A stretch of 64,000 nt of DNA from an uncultured Desulfosarcina sp. (GTDB lineage: Bacteria > Desulfobacterota > Desulfobacteria > Desulfobacterales > Desulfosarcinaceae). A program made the translations under genes and the position numbers. The notes under the pieces were generated by a model. The model was not told the origin of the DNA. It ran no database searches and saw nothing but the letters and a program-made list of their open reading frames with translations. Below are positions 19,603 to 30,512 of this stretch, in pieces; positions within the stretch are counted from its first letter, which is position 1, and each line of letters starts with the position of its first letter. The stretch is from the NCBI GenBank assembly GCA_963674945.2, contig CAXXWQ010000001.1:96001-160000 (forward strand), in the 5' to 3' direction.

Positions 19603-22050
19603 ATGCCCATGCGGATCGATGCTCATGTGCATTCAAAATTCTCAAAAAGACCGAGTCAGTGGATATTGCAGAAAATCGGATGTCCGGAAAGCTTTACCGA
19701 ACCCCTTACGCTCTATCAGATCGCCAAGAGCCGGGGGATGAGTCATGTGACCATTTCCGACCACAACACCATCGACGGTGCTCTTTCCATTGCTCACCTT
19801 CCAGATACCTTCATCAGCGAAGAGATTACCACCTACTTCCCGGAAAGCGGCTGCAAGGTGCATGTGCTGGCCCTGAACATTGATGAGTCCCATCACCGTG
19901 AGATCCAGAAGATTCGAAACAACATCTTCGACCTGGCGGTATACCTCAAAGAGCAGAACATCCTTTCCATCGTGGCCCATCCCCTCTATGCCATCAACGA
20001 TAAACTGACGCTGGATCATTTCGAGCAGATGCTGTTGCTGTTCGAGAACTTCGAACTCAATGGTGCCCGAAATGCACGCGAAAATGAAACGTTGCGCCAT
20101 CTGATGGGGGAGTTGCGGGAAAAGGACATGGCCGCGCTTTCCGACAAGCATGGTATCGACCCATTGTATCCCGCCTGCCGGGGAAAAAGGCTGTGGGGCG
20201 GTTCCGATGATCACAGCGCATTGAACATCGCCCGCACATATACCCGAATCAGGAATGTGCGTCATCCCCAACTTCTCAGGGGAGATGCTCCATTGACCGA
20301 TATAGAAGTGGTATGCCAACCGGCGACGCCGCTTACGATGGCCCATAATCTTTACGGCATCGCCTATCAATACTATTGCAGCAAATTCGGCCTGGGTCGC
20401 TATCGGGACAAGGATGAACTGATGCGCTTTCTCGATCGCAATCTGCGTGTGGATTACAACAGGCACACGGGGTTTTTGTCCAGACTCTATCTTTTTTGGA
20501 ATTATCGCAGGGAAAAAAGGATCAAAGAGCCGGTCTCCGATTCACTCATGTCCCTGCTGCGCCACGAGACGAGCAAATTGATTCATGACGATCCCCGGTT
20601 CTTCGAAGAGACCCGAAGACCCGTAGACGATGATCACCAGGAAAAGCGTTGGTATGCCTTCGTAAACCGGGCATCCAAGCGGGTGATGGTGCATTTCGGA
20701 GACCATCTCATGGGACATCTTTCGGGGGCCAATTTCTTCAACATCTTTTCCACCATCGGATCGGCAGGCGGCCTGTATACCTTGATGGCCCCATATTTCG
20801 TGGCCTACGCACAGTTCGCCAAAGACCGTGCCTTCAGCGAGCAGGTCAGGGTGCGATTCGATCGCTCTCATGAGAATTCGGGAAGCCGGCCTTTCCGGAT
20901 GGCCCATTTCACCGACACCTATTATGAGGTCAACGGCGTGGCCAAGACCCTGCAGCAACAGGTGTACTACGCGCTGAAAAACAACATGGCCTACTCTCTG
21001 GTCACCTGTTACACGGAGGTTGAGGCCACGGACCAGCCCGGCGTACGCAATTTCAAGCCCATCGGCACCTATGAACTCCCCGAGTACCCTGAGCTGAAAA
21101 TCCATTATCCGCCCTTTCTGGAGATGCTGGCCTATTGTTACGACGAGCGGATCGACCATATCCACTCGGCCACGCCGGGGCCTGTGGGCCTTGCGGCCCT
21201 GGCCATTTCCAAAATACTGAAGCTGCCCATCAGCGGCACGTATCATACCGCCATACCCCAATATGCGCAGATTCTAACCGGAGACGATGCCATCGAAGAG
21301 CTCACCTGGAAGTATGTCCTCTGGTACTACGATCAACTGGATGCCATTTATGCCCCGTCCCAAAGTGTCAAGGATGAACTGGTGGCCAAGGGTCTCAATT
21401 GCGAAAAGATCAGACTCTATCCCCGGGGGATTGACGTGGATCTGTTTCATCCGGCCAAACGTAACGGCATTTTCCAAAGACGCTACCCACTGGGTAAAGG
21501 CATCAAACTGCTCTATGTGGGCCGTGTTTCCAAAGAGAAAAATCTGGACCTGCTCGCCGATGCGTTCAGACAGCTGGTCAAAGACGTTGAACGGGTCCAG
21601 CTGGTCGTAGTCGGCGATGGTCCCTACCTGGACCAGATGCGTGCCGAGTTGGAAGGCCTGCCGTGCTGTTTCACCGGTTATCTGAGAAATGAGAATCTGG
21701 CATCGGTGTATGCTTCTTCCGACGTGTTTGTCTTTCCCAGCACAACAGACACATTCGGCAATGTGGTGCTCGAGGCCCAGGCGTCGGGTCTGCCGGTCAT
21801 CGTCAGTGACCAGGGCGGTCCCTGCGAGAATATGATTCAAGGACAAACCGGCCTCATTTGCAGGGCCGATGACACAAAAAGCCTGCTCGATGCCATCCGG
21901 TCGATATTGTCCGACCCCGACGGCCGCCGGGCCATGGGGCAGGCCGCCCGCCAGTATGTAGAAAAACGATCCTTCGAAAACGCCTTCCTGAAAATGTGGG
22001 AGCTCTATCGGGATCCGGATGGCGACCGGCTGGTAGTCGCCCACGCATAG
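19603..22050 (+). CDS. PHP-domain / GT4 glycosyltransferase fusion (putative glycolipid synthase)
   Basis: DAHVHS, ISDHN, AHP and GGSDDH (PHP). FTDTYYEVNGVA, YVGRVSKEKN and FPSTTDTFGNVVLEAQASGLPV (GT4). Confidence 0.9.
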   Translation: MPMRIDAHVHSKFSKRPSQWILQKIGCPESFTEPLTLYQIAKSRGMSHVTISDHNTIDGALSIAHLPDTFISEEITTYFPESGCKVHVLALNIDESHHREIQKIRNNIFDLAVYLKEQNILSIVAHPLYAINDKLTLDHFEQMLLLFENFELNGARNARENETLRHLMGELREKDMAALSDKHGIDPLYPACRGKRLWGGSDDHSALNIARTYTRIRNVRHPQLLRGDAPLTDIEVVCQPATPLTMAHNLYGIAYQYYCSKFGLGRYRDKDELMRFLDRNLRVDYNRHTGFLSRLYLFWNYRREKRIKEPVSDSLMSLLRHETSKLIHDDPRFFEETRRPVDDDHQEKRWYAFVNRASKRVMVHFGDHLMGHLSGANFFNIFSTIGSAGGLYTLMAPYFVAYAQFAKDRAFSEQVRVRFDRSHENSGSRPFRMAHFTDTYYEVNGVAKTLQQQVYYALKNNMAYSLVTCYTEVEATDQPGVRNFKPIGTYELPEYPELKIHYPPFLEMLAYCYDERIDHIHSATPGPVGLAALAISKILKLPISGTYHTAIPQYAQILTGDDAIEELTWKYVLWYYDQLDAIYAPSQSVKDELVAKGLNCEKIRLYPRGIDVDLFHPAKRNGIFQRRYPLGKGIKLLYVGRVSKEKNLDLLADAFRQLVKDVERVQLVVVGDGPYLDQMRAELEGLPCCFTGYLRNENLASVYASSDVFVFPSTTDTFGNVVLEAQASGLPVIVSDQGGPCENMIQGQTGLICRADDTKSLLDAIRSILSDPDGRRAMGQAARQYVEKRSFENAFLKMWELYRDPDGDRLVVAHA

Positions 22051-22117
22051 GAACGTCACATGAGACGATGGGTCGTTATCATGCCGTATAATCATTTATC
22101 ATCATGATGGAAATTCC

Positions 22118-23986
22118 ATGGAAAACAGATCTTCGCCGTCTACTCTCGCCAATGACAGATTAATCCAGCTGGACAGACAATTCCATCATCCGATTTCCCG
22201 CCACATGGCGGCCTGGGGGACTCGCCGTGTGGAACGATTGCTGTCTGTGGATAAGATAAATGAAATTTATGCAATGCTAATGCGCACGCCCGGGGCGGAA
22301 CGACCCTTCGGTGCCATCTTGCAGCTGCTGGAGATAATGTATGGTGTGACGGATTCGGAAATGGCGAGAATTCCGGTCCAGGGACCGCTGGTGGTGGTTG
22401 CCAATCATCCTTTCGGAGGAATCGAGGGAATCATTCTCGGAGATCTGTTGCGCCGGGTCCGGCCGGATGTCAAGATCATGGGAAACTACCTGCTGAAAAA
22501 AATTGCTCCCATCCGCGATGCCATCATTCCCGTCGATCCCTTCGGCCACAAGTCGTCGATTGCGGGAAATGCAAAGACATTCAGGCAATGCCTGCGATGG
22601 TTGAAAGAGGGACGGTGTTTGATCGTTTTTCCCGCCGGCGAGGTCGCCCATTACTGTTTCCGGCATCATGCGGTGACCGATCCTCCATGGAGTCGCCATG
22701 TGGGCGCATTGGTCCGCCTGAGCCGCGCCCAGGTGCTGCCCGTCTATTTCCCCGGAAGAAACAGCATACTGTTTACCCTCATGGGATTGATTCATTCCCG
22801 GTTGCGCACCGTCATGCTTGCGCGGGAATTGATATCAAAGAGAAAGACATCCATCCGTTTGTCTATCGGCCGTTGTATCACCAGCAGGCGGATGCAGACC
22901 GTTGATGATGATACGGAGTTGATTCATCGGCTCCGGCTCAAGACTTACCTGCTTTCCGATGCCGCAGATACAAAGGGTGTTTTTCCCGCAGCAAAAAAAA
23001 CGAGCGGGCGATACCAAAAAGACAAACGTCTCGCACAACAACCATTGGTTTTTTCGGTACCCACCGGCCGATTGGCGGAAGAGATCGATGCCCTGCCGGA
23101 AAACCAAATGCTCGTTGCCCACAAGAAATGGGCCGTGTATGTCGCAGACAGCCGTCAGATTCCCCATCTTTTGCGCGAGATCGGCAGGCTCCGGGAAAAA
23201 ACGTTCCGGGAAGTTGGCGAAGGAACCGGTAAATCCATGGACCTGGACCTGTTCGATCGCTTCTATCGGCAACTGATCTTGTGGAACCGGGAGACCCGTG
23301 AAGTAGTCGGTGGGTATCGAATGGGAGACACACGTGCCATTTTGCAGCGGTTCGGGCGAAAGGGACTGTATACCCACTCGCTGTTTCACCTCAAGACCGG
23401 TTTGTTGCGCCATCTGGGAGAAGCTTTGGAACTGGGCCGCTCCTACATCCGATCCGAATACCAGCGACAGCCCAATTGTCTTGCCCTGCTATGGAAAGGA
23501 ATCGGCGCTTACGTGGTACAAAATCCCCGATATCGCATCCTGTTCGGCCCGGTGAGCATCAGCAACAGCTACCACCGCGTTTCCAAGCAGATCATGGTGC
23601 AATTTTTAGAACGGCACTGTTCGACCAGGGAACTGGCCGCCTATGTGAGACCACGATGCCCGCTGGGTACGTGCTCCGATCCGCTGCTTCTGGAACTGGT
23701 CGACCGAATGTCCGAAGATTCCATCGACGATGTGTCCATGCTGGTTTCCGAGATCGAGGATGATGGAAAACGGGTGCCCGTGCTCATCAAGCACTACCTG
23801 AAGCTCAACGGCCGCTTTATCGCCTTCAATGTGGATCGAAACTTTTGTGACGCCATCGACGGGCTGGTCGTGGTGGACATGATGCAGACCGAGAAGAAAC
23901 TGCTCGAGCGGTTCATGGGAAAAGAGCAGTGCAGGCGTTACCGTGGGCAGTGGTCCTCAGAACGGATCGGAACCGGTTTGCGATAA
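22118..23986 (+). CDS. PlsC-type acyltransferase fused to GNAT (OlsB-like) domain; OlsF-like ornithine/amino-lipid synthase
   Basis: VANHPFGGIEG and FPAGEV; then EIGRLRE.TFR.VGEGTG..DLD.FD, LELGRS and LFGPVSIS. Confidence 0.8.
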   Translation: MENRSSPSTLANDRLIQLDRQFHHPISRHMAAWGTRRVERLLSVDKINEIYAMLMRTPGAERPFGAILQLLEIMYGVTDSEMARIPVQGPLVVVANHPFGGIEGIILGDLLRRVRPDVKIMGNYLLKKIAPIRDAIIPVDPFGHKSSIAGNAKTFRQCLRWLKEGRCLIVFPAGEVAHYCFRHHAVTDPPWSRHVGALVRLSRAQVLPVYFPGRNSILFTLMGLIHSRLRTVMLARELISKRKTSIRLSIGRCITSRRMQTVDDDTELIHRLRLKTYLLSDAADTKGVFPAAKKTSGRYQKDKRLAQQPLVFSVPTGRLAEEIDALPENQMLVAHKKWAVYVADSRQIPHLLREIGRLREKTFREVGEGTGKSMDLDLFDRFYRQLILWNRETREVVGGYRMGDTRAILQRFGRKGLYTHSLFHLKTGLLRHLGEALELGRSYIRSEYQRQPNCLALLWKGIGAYVVQNPRYRILFGPVSISNSYHRVSKQIMVQFLERHCSTRELAAYVRPRCPLGTCSDPLLLELVDRMSEDSIDDVSMLVSEIEDDGKRVPVLIKHYLKLNGRFIAFNVDRNFCDAIDGLVVVDMMQTEKKLLERFMGKEQCRRYRGQWSSERIGTGLR

Positions 23987-24345
23987 TCGCGGACTGTCCA
24001 TAAAACCGCAAAATATCCGGCAACGGCCAAAGGTATCCCCGGAACCAACGCGCCGATAAACGGATCCGCCAGGATGCGGGGCGATTGTTTTCTTGTCGCT
24101 GACATCGCCCATTGGTCGAAAATCCCAGACCAGCCAGCACCTAAAAAATTCCCACCGATTTTACTCCCACCCACGAATTGATCCGGTATATCAACTTTGC
24201 CGTTATCAATTGGAGATGTTGACCGTTGCGATGACCGCAATTTCCCCGGATCCCAAAAATCTCGCCGGTATCGCCCTGACGACTTCCCGGGTTGTATCTT
24301 CCCAAATCCGGAGCAACAGTAATCGAGTGAAAGGAGAAGGCATCT
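23960..24345 (-). pseudogene. Possible degraded DUF2062-like membrane protein
   Basis: Fragments in different frames: LLLRIWEDTTREVVRAI and FIGALVPGIPLAVAGYFAVLWTVRDYRK. Confidence 0.3.
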
Positions 24346-24672
24346 GAAGAAGTATTGTCCGAGAGGAAACGCTCCGGCGCCGCCAGGCTGGGACGGATTC
24401 GTGTCGTGTTATGCGTTGACGGGAAATTGGCAAAAAATGAACTTTCGGCTCAACTTATTGGATATTCAACCGATAATCGAATTCAAACAGTGTTTTTTCT
24501 GAACCAATGTATTCTACCGAAGGCACCGGAAAGGCCATTATTAAAGGATTTTTTATTATAGTCATGGATAACATCTTTTAATTATTGACAGAATTAATCG
24601 ATTAAGTTTATTCTTTCTTAAAATTACCGTCCTGACGACCCAATATACAAGATTACCGGGAGCGCCGAACAC

Positions 24673-24948
24673 ATGAACAAGCTCGAACTGATACAGGCAC
24701 TGAAAGAAACCAATGGCCTATCCAGATCAGAAGCGGAAGATGTCGTGAACCTGTTTTTCAATACAATATCAGATGCACTGGCCAAAGGAGATCGCGTCGA
24801 AATACGGGGCCTCTGTTCTATTTTCGTGAAGGAGTACGGGGCCTATACGGGACGCAATCCCAAAACGGGTGAGAAAGTGAAGATCAGACCGAAAAAACTT
24901 CCCTTTTTCAAGGCGGGCAAGGAACTGAAAGAAAGAGTCGACCGTTGA
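24673..24948 (+). CDS. ihfB: Integration host factor beta-like protein
   Basis: GDRVEIRGL...GRNPKTGE...PFFKAGKELKERV; TTGACA at 24585 upstream. Confidence 0.8.
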   Translation: MNKLELIQALKETNGLSRSEAEDVVNLFFNTISDALAKGDRVEIRGLCSIFVKEYGAYTGRNPKTGEKVKIRPKKLPFFKAGKELKERVDR

Positions 24949-25046
24949 AATTCGCCATGCTTTGTTTCGTACATCAGTGTTTCCGCCTCTGACAAGAGGC
25001 CATTCGAATAGTTGTCAACACCAACACAAATCAAGAAGGAGGCCAC

Positions 25047-25310
25047 ATGACCAAAGCTGAACTCATCGAGAAGATCGCAAAGGATGCCGACATCCCGAAA
25101 ACCACCGCAAAAGCAGCATTCGATTCTGCTCTCGATGGCATCAAGACAGGACTCAAGAAGAGGAATAGCAAGGTTACATTGGTCGGATTTGGAACCTTTC
25201 GAAACATTTATCGGAAAACCCGTATGGGCCACAATCCCCAGACTGGTGAGAAAATCAAAATCAAAGGTCGAAGCGTGGTGACGTTCAAGCCAAGCAAAAA
25301 CATTCCCTAG
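25047..25310 (+). CDS. hup: HU family DNA-binding protein
   Basis: MTKAELIEKIA...VTLVGFGTF...NPQTGE...FKPSK; AAGGAGG RBS. Confidence 0.85.
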   Translation: MTKAELIEKIAKDADIPKTTAKAAFDSALDGIKTGLKKRNSKVTLVGFGTFRNIYRKTRMGHNPQTGEKIKIKGRSVVTFKPSKNIP

Positions 25311-25320
25311 TTTTTGATAT

Positions 25321-25368
25321 TTTGCCATTCAGAGTGATCCATGATCGTGGACCACTCTGAATGGCAAA
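25321..25368. terminator. Long hairpin, probably a bidirectional terminator
   Basis: TTTGCCATTCAGAGTG...CACTCTGAATGGCAAA between convergent units. Confidence 0.75.
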
Positions 25369-25372
25369 CGCT

Positions 25373-25750
25373 TCAGGAATCTCGGAATCCGAAGCAGTCC
25401 CGTCGGTATTGATTTAAGAGATTGCTCTTCCCGCCTTCTTTTTTCATTTTGAGATAGCTTGCCCGGCTGTTTTCTTGCAGCTCCCCCGTCCGGTTACCGC
25501 CCGCAGCTCCCGGCTGGTCGTCATGTGCATTCCTTTCCCCATACTGCGATTGTAGGGCCTTGCCGCAAAGACGATTCACCAGGGTGGATTTGCCGGCATC
25601 GGAAGATCCGATCATGGTGATCGTCTCACCTGTTGACAGATATTCTTCCAGCGGGATCAACGTTATGGGATCCGGCCCAGAGACAAGGTGTACCGGGACG
25701 CCGAAGGCAACGGTTTCCAGCTGTGCCGAAAAATGGGATGTCCACCCCAT
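25373..25750 (-). pseudogene. rsgA: Degraded RsgA GTPase remnant
   Basis: GETITMIGSSDAGKSTLVNRL (altered P-loop); GKGMHMTTSREL in a shifted frame; GEL...SYLKMKKE; large deletions. Confidence 0.7.
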
Positions 25751-25804
25751 CTGAAAAAGGTGCTGGTTGTTGCCGGTATATATCCTGTCATTATCTTGTT
25801 TGCG

Positions 25805-26695
25805 CTAAACAGTGGGACTCTCATCGCTGAGTGCTTCGAAACCGGAAACAATATCCAAGAGCTCGGCGGTGATGGCGGCCTGGCGTTGTTCCCGGAATTG
25901 GCCCGTAAGTTCGTCGAGGGTTTCCAGGATGTTTTTCTCGGCGGCCTGCATGGCCATGAGACGGGCTGCGTTCTCGCTGGCCAGGGACTGGGTGAACGCC
26001 CGGTAAAGGGAGATAAACAGATATTGCCGGAAGAGATGGGCAAACATCGTTTCCCGTGAGGCGCTCAACATGGGAAGGCAGCGTCCCGGCCAGGTTGCGC
26101 GCCTGTGTGCATCGGCCCAGGCTTCATCGAGTGGCAGAACCCGCTGGAACACCGGCGCGTATCCTCCCTGTGTGCCCAGCAGGTGGTGGCAGATGAAGAA
26201 GGCACCCATCTGTCTGGCCGACCACCACTTCTCGATTGCCAGGACCAATTCGTGAATTTTCCCCTTGATTGCATTCAGGCTTCCCGGGGTCGCGAAGTGG
26301 GCGTCATGGGCAGCTCCCGCATCTTCCAATATGCCGCGCACTTTTTCCCCCACACTCCAGTATCGCCACTTCCGTCCCTCGGTCGACGTTGTCTTTGCCA
26401 TCTGTGCGAGAGCAAATGGCCAGAGGGATTCATTGAACTGGCCGCACATGCCTTGATCGGATCCCACCACCATACAGACGTTCACATCGTTTCGGGGCCG
26501 CTGAAGCATGGGGCCCCCCATCCTGAGAAATACGGTCCAGCCCATGTCCACCACACGGCGGTATTGTTCCAGAGACGCCACCGCCCGCTCGAACTGACGG
26601 ATATTGACGGCGGCCAGGCTCTTCATGGTCTTGACCACGCTGAGCAGGTCATGGGCGGTCCGGATCCTGCGGCTCAATGTCTCCAGCGTCGGCAT
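25805..26695 (-). CDS. atpG: N-ATPase gamma subunit
   Basis: [31 protein letters not shown] and RQAAITAEL. Confidence 0.95.
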   Translation of the reverse strand: MPTLETLSRRIRTAHDLLSVVKTMKSLAAVNIRQFERAVASLEQYRRVVDMGWTVFLRMGGPMLQRPRNDVNVCMVVGSDQGMCGQFNESLWPFALAQMAKTTSTEGRKWRYWSVGEKVRGILEDAGAAHDAHFATPGSLNAIKGKIHELVLAIEKWWSARQMGAFFICHHLLGTQGGYAPVFQRVLPLDEAWADAHRRATWPGRCLPMLSASRETMFAHLFRQYLFISLYRAFTQSLASENAARLMAMQAAEKNILETLDELTGQFREQRQAAITAELLDIVSGFEALSDESPTV

Positions 26696-28238
26696 GCGCC
26701 TCCTTGAACGGGCCGATGGCCGTTGTGATGAGTTGTGTCAACCGGTCCCACACCGGATCATCGTCGCCGGCTCCGGCCAGTGTGTTTTCGATGTCGGGGA
26801 TGTCGGTCGCCACCGCCTCGAGAATGGTCCGCTCGGCTTCTTCCATCCGTTCTTCGGGAAGGTCGTCCAGCAGCCCTCGCGAGACGGCGAACAGAATCGC
26901 GATCTGTTCACCGGCCGGCATGGTGAGCAGTTCCTGCTGCCTGAGCACCGCCCTTACCCGGCGGCCGTGCTCCAGGATTCGACGTGTGCGGTCATCCAGC
27001 CGGGTGCCGAAACGGGCAAAGGACTCCAACTCCTGAAACTGGGTGTAGGATAGGCGCAGGGCACCGGCAACCTGGCGATAGGCGGGCAACTGCGCCTTGC
27101 CGCCCACCCTGGAGACCGACTTGCCAACATCCACGGCCGGCAGGACCCCTTTCTGGAAGAGTTCCGGAGAGAGGTAGATCTGGCCGTCGGTAATGGAGAT
27201 CAGGTTGGTGGGAATGTAGGCGGAGATGTTCTGGGCTTCGGTTTCGGCAATGGGCAGCGCCGTGAGCGAGCCGCCGCCCAGTTCTTCCCGCAGATGGGTG
27301 GCGCGCTCCAGCAGCCGGGAGTGCACGTAGAAGATGTCGCCGGGAAAGGCCTCGCGTCCCGGAGGGCGCCGGAGCAGCAGGCTCAGCTGGCGGTAGGCCA
27401 CGGCGTGGCGGGTAAGATCGTCGTAAACGATGAGCACATCGCGTCCCGTTTCCATGAAATGCTCTCCGAGGGCGGTCGCCGCGTAGGGAGCGATATACTG
27501 AAGGCCGGGCGGGGCGTCGGCGTCCACCACGACCACGACGCTGTACTCCATGGCCCCGTTTCGCACCAGTGCATCCACGACTCTTGCCGTTCCCGCACTT
27601 CGCTGGCCGATGGCGCAGTAGATACACAGGACATCCTTGCCTTTCTGATTCACCATGGCATCCAGGGCCACCGCGGTCTTTCCCGTCTGTCGATCTCCCA
27701 GGATCAATTCCCGCTGGCCCCGGCCGATGGGGATCAGGGCGTCCACCACCTTGAGGCCGGTCTGGAGCGGACGCACCACCGGTGCCCGGTCCATGATTCG
27801 GGGGGCTTCGTGAAGCACGGTCCGATAGTCCTCCGCATCGAGACTGCCCCGTCCGTCGAGGGGGCGGCCCAAAGGGTCCACCATCCGACCGACCAGGCCG
27901 TCTCCCACGGGAATATCCAGCACGCGGCCGCTTCGGCGCACCTCGTCTCCGGCGCACACCGATTCGCTGGGACCGAAGAGGACGACCCCCACCCGGTCGG
28001 GCAGGATATCCAGCACCATTCCGGCGACATCGGTTCCCACCTTCACCTGCTCCTCGAACTGCACCTGCCCCAGGCCGTCGACCCAGGCGATTCCCTGACC
28101 CACCGACTGGACGTGGCCCACTTCCTGTGTCTTCAGTTTGGGTGAGAAGTGTTCCACCCCCTGTTCCACGGCACGGTCAACATCGGCCAGTACGTCGTTC
28201 AGCCCGCTCGCCTCCAGGTTGTGATGTTCCCGGTTCAT
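26649..28238 (-). CDS. atpA: N-ATPase alpha subunit
   Basis: [29 protein letters not shown]. Confidence 0.97.
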   Translation of the reverse strand: MNREHHNLEASGLNDVLADVDRAVEQGVEHFSPKLKTQEVGHVQSVGQGIAWVDGLGQVQFEEQVKVGTDVAGMVLDILPDRVGVVLFGPSESVCAGDEVRRSGRVLDIPVGDGLVGRMVDPLGRPLDGRGSLDAEDYRTVLHEAPRIMDRAPVVRPLQTGLKVVDALIPIGRGQRELILGDRQTGKTAVALDAMVNQKGKDVLCIYCAIGQRSAGTARVVDALVRNGAMEYSVVVVVDADAPPGLQYIAPYAATALGEHFMETGRDVLIVYDDLTRHAVAYRQLSLLLRRPPGREAFPGDIFYVHSRLLERATHLREELGGGSLTALPIAETEAQNISAYIPTNLISITDGQIYLSPELFQKGVLPAVDVGKSVSRVGGKAQLPAYRQVAGALRLSYTQFQELESFARFGTRLDDRTRRILEHGRRVRAVLRQQELLTMPAGEQIAILFAVSRGLLDDLPEERMEEAERTILEAVATDIPDIENTLAGAGDDDPVWDRLTQLITTAIGPFKEAHADAGDIEPQDPDRP

Positions 28239-28990
28239 GAATTCACCCGCGCGTTGTCAAAGAGAGTTTCCATGATTTCGGCTTCCAGATCCTCAAGATA
28301 GTCGGCCAGGTGCCAGGCTGCCGTGCGGTCACCCACCACCAGTTGAATTCCTATCCCCAGTTCCGGGTGTGCTTCCAGCCGGATCGGGGCGGCCGTCGGG
28401 AACCATTTGGAAAGATGTTCCCGCAGCATGCGGTCATCCTCATCGTCCAGGGCAATTCCCGACTGAACGACGATCTCCCGGCTGGCGGCCTGGTGGCGCA
28501 GCGCATCTTTTTGGTCGGCCACTTTTTCCAGAAAGACACGGAGCACCTGCCGGTTCAGCCCCTGATCCGAAAGATCACGGAGGGTCTTCTCGCCGATGCG
28601 CATTACCTGTTGCGCCACCTGCCGCTTGAGCCGGTCGAGAAAAATCTGCCGGTCCCGGGACATGCTGGCCATCCAGGCTTTGCGAAGCGATTCCACCTCA
28701 TCCCGGGCCACTTCCATGGCGGTTTCACGCCATCGCGTCACCTCATCCCGGGCCTCGGCCATGAGTCCTTCCCGGGCCTGGGCAAGTGTGGCTTTTTCCC
28801 TTTCCAATGCGAGGGCACTGGTCTGCGCCTCCTGCTCGGCCTGCCGGGCCCGGCCCAGGGCTTCGGCCATTTTCTTCTCCCGCTTTTCCATGGCACCGCG
28901 GATCGGCTTGAAGAGAAAGCGGTTCAGCAGCCAGATCAGGATGAGAAAATTGATGATCTGCGCTACGACCGTGAACCAGTCGATCAGCAC
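28235..28990 (-). CDS. atpF: N-ATPase b subunit with delta-like C-terminal extension
   Basis: [20 protein letters not shown], coiled coil, 251 aa. Confidence 0.92.
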   Translation of the reverse strand: MLIDWFTVVAQIINFLILIWLLNRFLFKPIRGAMEKREKKMAEALGRARQAEQEAQTSALALEREKATLAQAREGLMAEARDEVTRWRETAMEVARDEVESLRKAWMASMSRDRQIFLDRLKRQVAQQVMRIGEKTLRDLSDQGLNRQVLRVFLEKVADQKDALRHQAASREIVVQSGIALDDEDDRMLREHLSKWFPTAAPIRLEAHPELGIGIQLVVGDRTAAWHLADYLEDLEAEIMETLFDNARVNS

Positions 28991-28993
28991 GGG

Positions 28994-29272
28994 TTATCCT
29001 CCGGTCGTCGAAAGAAAGTACTTCCAGAACGGATTGGCGAAAATCAGTATCATGGCCACCACGAAACAATAGATGGCCGTCGATTCCACCATGGCCATGC
29101 CCACGAACAGGGTTCGGGTGATGGTACTGGTCTCGTCCGGCTGCTGGGCGATTGATCCGAGTGCCTGGGCAAGGGCACGCCCCTCGCCAAGGGCCGGCCC
29201 GATGGCACCGATGGCCATGCAGACTCCCGCCGACAGAATTGATGCCAAAGCGACCCAACCGAGTGTGTCCAT
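28994..29272 (-). CDS. atpE: N-ATPase c subunit with Na+-binding signature
   Basis: GPALGEG (Glu in helix 1) and ESTAIY. Confidence 0.95.
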   Translation of the reverse strand: MDTLGWVALASILSAGVCMAIGAIGPALGEGRALAQALGSIAQQPDETSTITRTLFVGMAMVESTAIYCFVVAMILIFANPFWKYFLSTTGG

Positions 29273-29310
29273 AGGATTCCCCCCCATATAATTGGCGATT
29301 TCGCGACAGG

Positions 29311-30051
29311 TCAAATACCTGTGGCCGCGTTTTCCCGTGCCGATATCGCGCCCGTCGGCGCCGCCGGCACTTCTTCCCGGGCCGGCGCGGTCACCTCCAT
29401 GCCGGCACTGATATAGACCGCCGCCAGGATGGCGAAGATGTATGCCTGCACCATCCCCGTCAACAGCCCCAACAGTTGCATGAGGACGGGAACGATCAGC
29501 GGCGCGATGATCAGTAAAATGGCACCGATCATGGTGCCGCTCATGACATTGCCGAACAGGCGCACGCAAAGGGCCAGGGTGCGGCTGAACTCGCCCAGAA
29601 TGTTGAACGGCAGCATGAAGGGTGTCGGCCGAAGATAATTGCCCACGTAACGTTTCGCGCCGATGGACCCGATGCCGTAAACGGGGACAGCGAAAAAGAC
29701 GCAAACGGCCAGTCCCGTCGTGGTGGACAAGGAGCCCGTGGGCGGCGCGAACCCGGGAACCACGGCCAACAGGTTGCATACGGCGATAAAGAGAAACAAG
29801 GTTCCCAAAAACGGCAGCAGGCCTCTGGGCCGGCGCGGCGAGATTTCGTCCAATTGCTTCTCAATGACGTGGACCACCACCTCGAGAACATGCTGCATCC
29901 GTGATATCCGGGCACCGGTTGTAAGGCGCCGGCTGACCAGCCAGGAGCCGGTGGTAAGAAGTGCCATCACGAACCAGGTGAACAAAATGGTGCTGTTGAC
30001 CTTCAGCAGGCCGAACTGCCACCAGATTTGATCGTCAGGGGTGAGTTGCAT
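29311..30051 (-). CDS. atpB: N-ATPase a subunit
   Basis: PTGSLSTT; EFSRTLALCVRLFGN; QAYIFAIL. Confidence 0.95.
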   Translation of the reverse strand: MQLTPDDQIWWQFGLLKVNSTILFTWFVMALLTTGSWLVSRRLTTGARISRMQHVLEVVVHVIEKQLDEISPRRPRGLLPFLGTLFLFIAVCNLLAVVPGFAPPTGSLSTTTGLAVCVFFAVPVYGIGSIGAKRYVGNYLRPTPFMLPFNILGEFSRTLALCVRLFGNVMSGTMIGAILLIIAPLIVPVLMQLLGLLTGMVQAYIFAILAAVYISAGMEVTAPAREEVPAAPTGAISARENAATGI

Positions 30052-30337
30052 GAAGACAACCTTTGCTTTCGCGACCCAGTGTACGGGTCAGAACAATGCG
30101 GACCAGGAAGAATCCGGCCAGGGCAAAGAAAAACGTCGCCGGATCCTTTTGCAGTATGATCCAGAAGCCGGAAAGGACCGTCGTCAGGCGGGCGACGGCA
30201 CTGATCGCCAGCCGGCGCCCCGGCCGCCGTTTGCCGGGCACCGTCTTTACGGTCAGCCACAAACCGCCGAAATAGAACAGGCCTAAAAGAATGCCCCAGA
30301 AGAACGTCAGCATTATCAAAATGACATTCACATCCAT
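30035..30337 (-). CDS. atpR: N-ATPase AtpR subunit
   Basis: LGLFYFGGLWLTV; TM arginines; position in operon. Confidence 0.85.
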   Translation of the reverse strand: MDVNVILIMLTFFWGILLGLFYFGGLWLTVKTVPGKRRPGRRLAISAVARLTTVLSGFWIILQKDPATFFFALAGFFLVRIVLTRTLGRESKGCLHATHP

Positions 30338-30366
30338 TCGTCTAAGTTCCCCAAAAATGAATTACA

Positions 30367-30512
30367 GACGACTTCGTAAACCGTTCGAGATCAAGGCTTG
30401 CGAGTCCCGAGAATACCGCTATCGCGGGTGCCGTAGGCAGCGTACATAAAAGTACTCCGCAATGACGAGGGACGAAGCGTAACGCGGATATCGGACGGTT
30501 TACGAAGTCGTC
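30367..30512. repeat. MITE/REP-like palindromic element, copy 2, inside the N-ATPase operon
   Basis: 18-bp perfect inverted ends GACGACTTCGTAAACCGT / ACGGTTTACGAAGTCGTC; overlaps the atpQ stop codon. Confidence 0.85.
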
